DNA from: an uncultured Candidatus Poseidoniales archaeon
GTDB lineage: Archaea > Thermoplasmatota > Poseidoniia > Poseidoniales > Thalassarchaeaceae
Assembly: GCA_964645485.1 (NCBI GenBank)
Contig: CAZXZO010000005.1
Coordinates: 1,281-65,280, forward strand
DNA: 64,000 bases
Direction of reading: 5' to 3'
In this document: piece after piece, positions 56,906 to 64,000 of the stretch
Layout of the letters: each line of letters begins with the position of its first letter
How positions within the stretch are numbered: the stretch's first letter is position 1
Position numbers and translations under genes: made by a program
The notes under the pieces: generated by a model
Told to the model about the DNA's origin: nothing
Database searches by the model: none
The model's input: the letters and a program-made list of their open reading frames with translations, nothing else

Positions 56906-57709
56906 GTGACCCAAGAGGCGACCAAGACAACGCCTATCCAAGTTTGGACGGAAGGCGAATTATCTACTAGTAAGGATTCACTTGTTAGCGAGGCTGCCCT
57001 AGAAATAATCATCGAAATTGGATCCGAACAGAAAAAATTAGGGATTTTGTTGCGAACACCTGGGGAAGATGCAGAATTAGTTACCGGTTGGCTTCTTGGA
57101 GAGGCAATAATCCAATCTAAGTCATCAATATTGAGTGTTGAGTCTTCAGTTGACCAAATTGTAGTGAGGATGGACCCAAAAAACTTTGATTTGTCTGATT
57201 TTAATGAGCGCAAATTTCCCATCACGTCAAGTTGTGGTTTGTGTGGCCGTGAATCACTTGATGAGTTGATAATTCCTAGCCGCCTAACAATATCTGATGA
57301 AAAGTGGGTATCTCCAGAGGTTCTAACAAAGTTGCCCCAAAAACTTACTGAGTCTCAAGACCATTTCAAAACCACAGGTGGATTACACGCCTGTGCAATT
57401 TTTGATTTTGAAGGCAATTTAATCTCACTTCGAGAAGATGTTGGGAGACACAATGCATTGGACAAATTAATTGGTTCAATGTTAATTGCAGATGAATTAC
57501 CCGCTGAAAAGCAAATTCTTATGCTATCGGGGAGAATTGGTTACGAATTGATACAAAAAGCAGCTTTGGCGGGAATCCCAGCAATCGCTGGACTTGGCGC
57601 CCCTTCAACTATGGCAGTTGATGGGGCAAGGTCAGCGGGATTGACATTGGTTGGCTTCTTGAAACCAAATAGATTCAACGTCTATTCAGGTGGGTGGAGA
57701 GTAGTATGA
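56906..57709 (+). CDS. fdhD: Formate dehydrogenase accessory sulfurtransferase
   Basis: Motifs RTPG, SSCGLCG, TGGLHA, REDVGRHNALDKLIG, SGRIGYEL.QKA and APST.AV. Confidence 0.95.
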   Translation: MTQEATKTTPIQVWTEGELSTSKDSLVSEAALEIIIEIGSEQKKLGILLRTPGEDAELVTGWLLGEAIIQSKSSILSVESSVDQIVVRMDPKNFDLSDFNERKFPITSSCGLCGRESLDELIIPSRLTISDEKWVSPEVLTKLPQKLTESQDHFKTTGGLHACAIFDFEGNLISLREDVGRHNALDKLIGSMLIADELPAEKQILMLSGRIGYELIQKAALAGIPAIAGLGAPSTMAVDGARSAGLTLVGFLKPNRFNVYSGGWRVV

Positions 57710-57830
57710 ACGGGGCACTCAGATTCATCTAAAAATGGAGATTTACAGTAGGGCACTCCACGAACATTGACAAAGCCGAAGGCTTTGGGAGTAACATAGC
57801 AACTTGTAATATTTCAGATGAGGTGAATGG

Positions 57831-59699
57831 ATGACGAGTGACAATAACGGTTGGAACCCTGAGCAACCAGGTCACTTATTGCTTCATCAATTACGGTCTG
57901 AAATTCAAGAAAATGGGACTTTATCGACCGAAAGAATAGGTGAAATTGCGTTCCAATATGGTACTACTCCTGCCAAAGTTAGGGGGGCGATTGGGTACTA
58001 TAGTGAATTAAAACAAGAGAAGCACACGGTAAGGGTCTGCATTGGTGAGTCATGTCGTTCAAAAGGGTCTCAAAATACGATTTCCGTTCTCGAGGCTGAG
58101 GGTGAGATAGTTGGGAAACTACACTGTGCTGGACTTTGTCCAACTGGTGTCGCTGTCCTATATGATGACAATCCTAAGATCTGTAAATCACAAATCGGAG
58201 AAGGATTGGAATTGTTTCTAAGCAGCGATAGTGCATCAGTTGCAATGGGTGCTGAAAAAATTGCGGAAGAAATACTGGAAAATGATTCTGGAATTTTTTC
58301 TTTGACTAGAACTGGAAGTAGAGGTTTATATCACCTTGAACCAATATTGGAAGTCAATATTGAGGGTGAGAGGCACGGATTTGGACCATTAGAGTGTGCC
58401 GACGTCTTGGATGTTCTAAATTCTATATTGGATGGTAACCCACAATCTCACTCACTTTATCTTGGTGACATCAACAAACACCCCGAAATGGTTAATCAAC
58501 AAAGATTTGCTATGGCTAGATTGGGTGTTTGTGATCCATTCGATTTACAATCTCAACAAGCACATGGTGCATACGAGGGATTGGCTATGGCGGAAAAGAT
58601 TGGCTCAGAAGGGGTACTTTCTGCCCTGGAATCTGCTGGACTTCGAGGTCGAGGTGGTGCTGGCTTCCCAACTCATTTCAAATGGACTGCTGCTGCACGT
58701 GAACGTGACCCGACAAAACATGTAGTTGCAAATGCTGATGAAGGCGATGCTGGCACTTTCATTGATAGGATGATTATGGAAGGAGACCCGCACGCTCTAA
58801 TTGAGGGAATGGTGATATGCGCCCTTACTATTGGTGCCACTGATGGTTGGGTGTATTTGCGAAGTGAGTATCCTGATGCAAAAAGGACTCTGCAAGCAGC
58901 AATAGATTCTGCCCGTGAGGAAGGCATCCTAGGCCCGAATTTTGATATCACAATTGCCGTTGGTGCAGGTTCATATGTTTGTGGTGAAGAAACAGCATTG
59001 CTCGAAAGTCTTGAAGGAAAGCGCGGTGAAGTGAGAGCCCGTCCACCATACCCGGCAGAAAAAGGATTATTTGGGCACCCTACAATCGTCAATAATGTGC
59101 TAACTTTTTCACTTGTATCATCAATTCTGAGAGAAGGTGCAGATACTTATGCTGCATTGGGTACAGAATCTAGCAAAGGTACTGTAGTCGCACAATTAGT
59201 TGGCGATACTCAAAAGCCAACCTGTGTTGAAGTCCCATTTGGTGGTACAGTCAAAGAATTGTTCGAAACCCATTCATCACTTGAGGGGGTTACAGCAGTT
59301 CAGGTCGGCGGCCCACTTGGTTCAGTATTCAAAGTAGAGGATTTAGAAAACATGGAACTTTCATTTGAAGGGCTAACAAATTCTGGTGGGATATTGGGCC
59401 ACGGAGGCTTTGTTTGCTATGGCTCAGATTTTGACCCTCGCTCAGAGGTAATAGATTGGATGACCTTCTTTAGAGACGAAAGTTGTGGTAAGTGTACACC
59501 ATGCCGTATTGGTACACAAAGGGCTCTAGAATTGTTGCAACGTATCGGCACAGATGAAGAAAAGCCAGGGGATAGAGATTTGTTAAATGACTTGGATGAT
59601 GTGATGAGTTCTACTTCTTTGTGCGCTTTAGGTGGTTTAGCAATGAACCCAGTACGTTCTTCAATGACACTATGGCCTGATGCATTTGGAGGCGAATGA
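57831..59699 (+). CDS. NAD-dependent formate dehydrogenase diaphorase subunit: NuoE/FdsG-like 2Fe-2S domain fused to FdsB/NuoF-like domain
   Basis: N-terminal CIGESC..CAGLC, RTGSRGLY.LEP.LEV, GLRGRGGAGFPT, NADEGD.GTF.DR, YVCGEETALLESLEG and ESCGKCTPCR.G..C.LG. Confidence 0.9.
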   Translation: MTSDNNGWNPEQPGHLLLHQLRSEIQENGTLSTERIGEIAFQYGTTPAKVRGAIGYYSELKQEKHTVRVCIGESCRSKGSQNTISVLEAEGEIVGKLHCAGLCPTGVAVLYDDNPKICKSQIGEGLELFLSSDSASVAMGAEKIAEEILENDSGIFSLTRTGSRGLYHLEPILEVNIEGERHGFGPLECADVLDVLNSILDGNPQSHSLYLGDINKHPEMVNQQRFAMARLGVCDPFDLQSQQAHGAYEGLAMAEKIGSEGVLSALESAGLRGRGGAGFPTHFKWTAAARERDPTKHVVANADEGDAGTFIDRMIMEGDPHALIEGMVICALTIGATDGWVYLRSEYPDAKRTLQAAIDSAREEGILGPNFDITIAVGAGSYVCGEETALLESLEGKRGEVRARPPYPAEKGLFGHPTIVNNVLTFSLVSSILREGADTYAALGTESSKGTVVAQLVGDTQKPTCVEVPFGGTVKELFETHSSLEGVTAVQVGGPLGSVFKVEDLENMELSFEGLTNSGGILGHGGFVCYGSDFDPRSEVIDWMTFFRDESCGKCTPCRIGTQRALELLQRIGTDEEKPGDRDLLNDLDDVMSSTSLCALGGLAMNPVRSSMTLWPDAFGGE

Positions 59700-59700
59700 A

Positions 59701-62400
59701 ATGAGTGACACCTTTTCAATGTCGATTAATGGCAATAATTTGCTAGGTCGCCAAGGACAGACTGTCATGGAAGTCGCTAGAGATAACGGAATTAGCATTC
59801 CAAGTTTGTGTGACTCTCCACACTTGAATTCATTTGGTTCCTGCAGATTGTGTGTTATTGAAATTGATGGACAACAAGGGACTCCATCTTCATGTACAAC
59901 TCCAGCCCGTGAAGGCATGGATGTTAGTACAAATTCAGAGCGCCTGTGGAATCTTAGAAGAGGGATTACTGAACTGTATGTAAGTGAGCACCCACTTGAT
60001 TGTTTAACTTGTACAGCAAATGGTGATTGTGAGTTGCAGGATATTGCTGGCGAAGTGGGGCTACGGGACATTCGATTTGATAACACCCCTGATTGTGCAG
60101 ATGTGCCGATTGACAGATCAAATCCATTCTTTTCATTTGATGCAAGCAAGTGTATTGTTTGCTCTAGATGTGTACGTGCTTGTGATGATATCCAAGCCAC
60201 CCATGCCTTGTCTATAGATGGACGAGGGTTCTTCAGTAGAATAATTGCAGGTGCGGATGTTCCATTCATGGCATCGGATTGCGTTTCCTGTGGAGCATGT
60301 GTGGATGAGTGCCCTGTGGGTGCTCTAGAAGATACAGTAGAGCGCTCTTTCGGGGTTCCAGATAATTGGGTTCGAACGACATGTGCATTTTGTGGAGTTG
60401 GCTGTCAATTTGATGCTGGGACTAAGGGTGGAAAATTAGTCACCATGAAAGCGGCGGCCGATTCTCCAGTGAATCAGGGGCATTCCTGTGTCAAGGGTAG
60501 GTTTGCCTCTGCTTATGTGCATCATTCCGATAGGTTGAAATCGCCTATGATTAGAAACTCGACTGATGAAGAATTCCGCGAAGTCGGTTGGGATGAAGCA
60601 TATTCTTTTATCGCTGAAAGATTACAATCAACAAAGGAGAAATATGGTCCTGATTCCATTGGAATAATTACTTCCTCACGTTCAACGAATGAATTAAATT
60701 ATCTTGGCTCCAAATTTATGAGGGCTGTGGTTGGTACAAACAATGTAGATAATTGTGCAAGAGTTTGTCATTCTGCAACCGTGAAAGGAATGATGACAGT
60801 GTTTGGTGCGGGAGCAGGGACCAACAGTCTAGGAGATATTGATGTTACAGACCTTCTTCTTGCATCCGGATGTAATCCAATACATGGTCATCCAGTAACT
60901 GGGTCAAGAATCAGAAGAGCTCGTAAACGCGGTATGGGCCTGATTGTTGCTGACCCCAAAGAAACTGAAATTGCTAAAATGGCTGATATCCATTTGCAAT
61001 TACGGCCAGGCACAAATGTCGCTCTTTACCAAGGGATGGCTCACATAATTATCCGTGATAACTTACAAGCAAGTGAAGAATGGATGAACACACGCACTGA
61101 GAATTTACAACCATTCAAGGATATGGTTAGTGAGATGACTCCAAGTGTTTGTGAGGAGATTACTACTGTACCCGCTGCCACACTTGAAGCAGCAGCAAGA
61201 TTGTATGCGACTGCAAAAACAGCAATGTCAGTTCATGGATTAGGTATGACTGAGCACAGTCATGGTTCAGAAGGTGTCATGGCTTTGTCTAGTTTAGCAC
61301 TCTTAACTGGAAATGTTGGCAAGCCGGGAACTGGAATAAATCCACTTCGAGGCCAAAATAATGTTCAAGGTTCTTGCGACATGGGTGCATTACCAAATGT
61401 TTTGACAAATTATCAACCCGTGACTGATGCCAAAGTAAGGGAATCATTTCAAGAAACTTGGGGGGTAAAGTTAGCGGCTGAACCCGGGTTAACTTATCCA
61501 GAAATGATTGATAATTCGTTAGATGACAAATTCCATGCATTATACATGATAGGATCCGACATCGCTCACACTGACCCAGACAATACAAGGGTCCAGAGAG
61601 GATTGTCAAAACTCGATTTGTTGGTGGTACAGGATATTTTCCATTGTGAGTCGGCAAACTTTGCTCATGTGGTACTTCCTGCTGCATCATTCTTGGAATC
61701 TGATGGCACTTATACAAACGGAGAAAGGAGAGTTCAGAGGATTAGGAAGGCGATTGAACCTCCAGGGCTTGCAAAACAAGATTGGATTATTGTTGCCGAG
61801 TTAGCAGAATACATGGGGCATCCAATCATTTCCTCAAATAATGTATCAGATATATGGGATGAGTTAGCAAGTTTGACTCCGAATTTTAAGGGCATTTCTT
61901 ATGCTAGACTTGAGAGTGCAGAAGCGGTACAATGGCCGGCTCCTAGTGTTGACCATCCGGGAACAAATGTGATGCATATTGATGAGTTCTCAAGAGGTTT
62001 GGGTCACTTTTCAGCGCCAGAATTCGCTGAACCAGATGAGCAAGCATCAGAAGATTATCCATTTATCTTAGTCACTGGGAGAAACATATTCCATTACAAC
62101 TCTGGAACTCAAACTAGACGTACGGGATTGAACGAATTTATGGAAACAGATTACTTGGAAATGCATCCAAAGGACGCTCAAAGACTCGGATTTTCTGAAG
62201 GCGATGAAGTGATGCTTGCAAGTCCTCGAAATAAAATCAAAATGATTCTAAAATTAAGCGACGAGGTGAGAGTTGGTAACCTGTTTACAACATTCCATTT
62301 CCCTGATGTAGGAGTCAATTCTGTGCTCAGTTCTTCTGCTGACCACTTAACTAAGTGTCCAGAATACAAAGTGCAAGCAGTTGCAATTTTGCCTGCCTAA
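59701..62400 (+). CDS. fdhA: NAD-dependent formate dehydrogenase alpha subunit (FdsA-type, Mo/W-bisPGD, Cys active site)
   Basis: N-terminal 2Fe-2S and 4Fe-4S motifs (CRLC, HPLDC..C..C, CIVCSRCVRAC, CVSCGACVDECP), TTCAFCGVGC, active-site CARVCH and LRGQNNVQG. Confidence 0.95.
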   Translation: MSDTFSMSINGNNLLGRQGQTVMEVARDNGISIPSLCDSPHLNSFGSCRLCVIEIDGQQGTPSSCTTPAREGMDVSTNSERLWNLRRGITELYVSEHPLDCLTCTANGDCELQDIAGEVGLRDIRFDNTPDCADVPIDRSNPFFSFDASKCIVCSRCVRACDDIQATHALSIDGRGFFSRIIAGADVPFMASDCVSCGACVDECPVGALEDTVERSFGVPDNWVRTTCAFCGVGCQFDAGTKGGKLVTMKAAADSPVNQGHSCVKGRFASAYVHHSDRLKSPMIRNSTDEEFREVGWDEAYSFIAERLQSTKEKYGPDSIGIITSSRSTNELNYLGSKFMRAVVGTNNVDNCARVCHSATVKGMMTVFGAGAGTNSLGDIDVTDLLLASGCNPIHGHPVTGSRIRRARKRGMGLIVADPKETEIAKMADIHLQLRPGTNVALYQGMAHIIIRDNLQASEEWMNTRTENLQPFKDMVSEMTPSVCEEITTVPAATLEAAARLYATAKTAMSVHGLGMTEHSHGSEGVMALSSLALLTGNVGKPGTGINPLRGQNNVQGSCDMGALPNVLTNYQPVTDAKVRESFQETWGVKLAAEPGLTYPEMIDNSLDDKFHALYMIGSDIAHTDPDNTRVQRGLSKLDLLVVQDIFHCESANFAHVVLPAASFLESDGTYTNGERRVQRIRKAIEPPGLAKQDWIIVAELAEYMGHPIISSNNVSDIWDELASLTPNFKGISYARLESAEAVQWPAPSVDHPGTNVMHIDEFSRGLGHFSAPEFAEPDEQASEDYPFILVTGRNIFHYNSGTQTRRTGLNEFMETDYLEMHPKDAQRLGFSEGDEVMLASPRNKIKMILKLSDEVRVGNLFTTFHFPDVGVNSVLSSSADHLTKCPEYKVQAVAILPA

Positions 62401-62416
62401 ATTACAATTTTAGCAC

Positions 62417-64000
62417 TTAATTTCGCATTTTTGATAGGCGCTTTAATTTCTTTTCTTGTTCTTTTAGAAGTAGTTTACACCTCCGAATTTGCTCTTTTGC
62501 CATCTTAGCGTGTTCCCCTTCAAGTGGATTCACTCTCTTGGCAGACATTCCTTGTTCAAAACATTTGATTGCGTCTGAATAACGTTCAACCTCAGCATAT
62601 GCAGTCCCCATATTGTATAATGTTGCGCCGGTAACTCCGGCGGGGTTAATTTTCATCGCTTCATGGTAGGCGTCAATACAATCGCTAAAATTCTGCAGAT
62701 AATAAAATGCATTTCCTCTAGCATTTAAAATTCGAACAACCATTTCGTCGTCATTGACAAATGTAGGGAGTGCACGGTCAAAGCAAGCAAGTGCTTCGTT
62801 ATATTTTTCTTCAGTTAGGAGTGCGAGTCCTTTGTTGTACCATTGTACATCTTGATTGGAAATTGAACTACTATCTATTTTGCCTGAACCAATTATTTCG
62901 GGTGTCTCTGTTTTCGAAGCCACATCTAGAGCAGCCTTTGCTAGGTTAACTTCTGGTGAAGGCTCTTCATGTTGGACCGGCTCAGGTTCTGGGGTTGAAT
63001 CCAGAATTTCCTCTGCAGCAATCACCTGTTCTGCACTTTGTTCTGTTACTACGGCAATTGATTCTGTTTGTTCGGGAGGTGTGGCTTGTGAATCTACGTC
63101 TGCCCAAGGGTCATCTCCCCAAGGGTCGTCGGAAACAACTTCTTCATGGGCAACTTCTTCTTCCACATGTTGTGATTCTTGGATTGTTGATTCAACTATA
63201 GGTTCTCCAACAGGTTCGGTCACTGCCACCTCAACTGGTTCGGGTTCTGCAACCGGTTCTGGTTCTGTGATTGGTTCAGAAATAGTCTCCACAGGACTTT
63301 CTTGTACCACTGGTGCCGAGATATCTTGTCCTGTGAGTGTAGCAATTTTTGCTCTACATTTTTCTGCAGTTACTTGGTCCCCCGCTGCGATGAAGGTTTT
63401 TCTCATCCCTATCCAAAGTTCGGGGTTATCACGGTCATTTTCTATTAATGACCTCCAAGCTTTCACCGCTTCTGGGTATGACCCAGACAAGGTCATGGCT
63501 CTTGCACGGAGTTTGACATTTTCAGGCGCCCCATCATCTAGTATGTACTTCAAAGCCTCAGAGGCCAATTCAGGCCCTTCAGGAATAGTCGTTGGAATTT
63601 CTATTGCCATCTCCAATACTTCGCCTTCTCCTTCTGCGATAGCGATTAAAATACCTGCAAAGGTAGGTCCGCCAGCATGGTTTGGCTCATGTGAAAGCAA
63701 AGATCTCCAAGATTCAATTGCTAAAGAAAGTGAGCCATTTGCAGTGTGTATTTCTGCCAAAGCGGCCGAGGCTTTCGTGTAATCTGGACGCAAGCCTAAT
63801 GCCGCATCAAAACAAGTGACTGCAGTTTCTTCGTGGTCATTTCTTCTGTGTAATGCTCCAAGATTATACCATGATGCTGCATCGGTATTATCGAGGTCTA
63901 ATGCATAGGTAAATGCTTCAATTGCATTATCAATTAGTGACAATCTAGCCATAGAGGCTGCCGCTACTCTCCATGCTCTTGGGTGTTCTGCGGCTTCGTT
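62417..64000 (-). CDS. TPR-repeat protein with an acidic Pro/Glu-rich linker (5'-truncated at the window edge)
   Basis: TPR units (ASWYNLG, WYNKGLAL, NARGNAFY, YNMGTAY) flank an EP/EV-rich low-complexity segment. The frame stays open to the end of the window. Confidence 0.85.
   Translation of the reverse strand, partial: NEAAEHPRAWRVAAASMARLSLIDNAIEAFTYALDLDNTDAASWYNLGALHRRNDHEETAVTCFDAALGLRPDYTKASAALAEIHTANGSLSLAIESWRSLLSHEPNHAGGPTFAGILIAIAEGEGEVLEMAIEIPTTIPEGPELASEALKYILDDGAPENVKLRARAMTLSGSYPEAVKAWRSLIENDRDNPELWIGMRKTFIAAGDQVTAEKCRAKIATLTGQDISAPVVQESPVETISEPITEPEPVAEPEPVEVAVTEPVGEPIVESTIQESQHVEEEVAHEEVVSDDPWGDDPWADVDSQATPPEQTESIAVVTEQSAEQVIAAEEILDSTPEPEPVQHEEPSPEVNLAKAALDVASKTETPEIIGSGKIDSSSISNQDVQWYNKGLALLTEEKYNEALACFDRALPTFVNDDEMVVRILNARGNAFYYLQNFSDCIDAYHEAMKINPAGVTGATLYNMGTAYAEVERYSDAIKCFEQGMSAKRVNPLEGEHAKMAKEQIRRCKLLLKEQEKKLKRLSKMRN

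Noticed and set aside
60754-60771. Selenocysteine in the FDH active site
   Set aside because: The motif reads CARVCH with TGT Cys, and there is no in-frame TGA.
62856-63782. 308-aa + strand ORF
   Set aside because: Antisense shadow of the low-complexity linker of the TPR protein.

Overview
Gene-dense archaeal chromosomal segment, most consistent with Thermoplasmatota and probably Marine Group II (Ca. Poseidoniales). The lineage is inferred from the archaeal SRP RNA, DtdA, EndA, archease, geranylgeranyl reductase, PolB2 and the many acidic Ca-binding surface proteins; no database search was run. About 45 CDS are present. Most are housekeeping or metabolic: proline dehydrogenase, mdh, pntAB, pyrDK, topA, valS, sod, MqnC-like radical SAM, pepP, alanine aminotransferase and an NAD-linked formate dehydrogenase cluster with a divergent TrmB-V4R regulator. 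Several encode secreted or surface proteins (M6 protease, PNGase F-like lipoprotein, PKD lipoprotein, DxDxDG-repeat protein). No integrase, transposase, CRISPR array, rRNA or tRNA was recognised. The most striking locus is 12.8-17.5 kb: SRAP, inactivated RadA, PolB2 and its small partner form a probable damage-tolerance/mutagenesis cassette. PIP-box-like tails of two of these genes lie in a 52-bp antisense overlap, and an unexplained ~10 x 35-bp non-coding tandem array sits directly upstream of the promoter. Other notable items are a degenerate TatC fused to an HdrA-N-like Cys-rich domain, a 5 x 30-bp amplification of a complete convergent intergenic spacer, a topoisomerase IA with helical C-terminal repeats and a structured upstream region, and a wHTH-TerB/HldE-like kinase/archease cluster.
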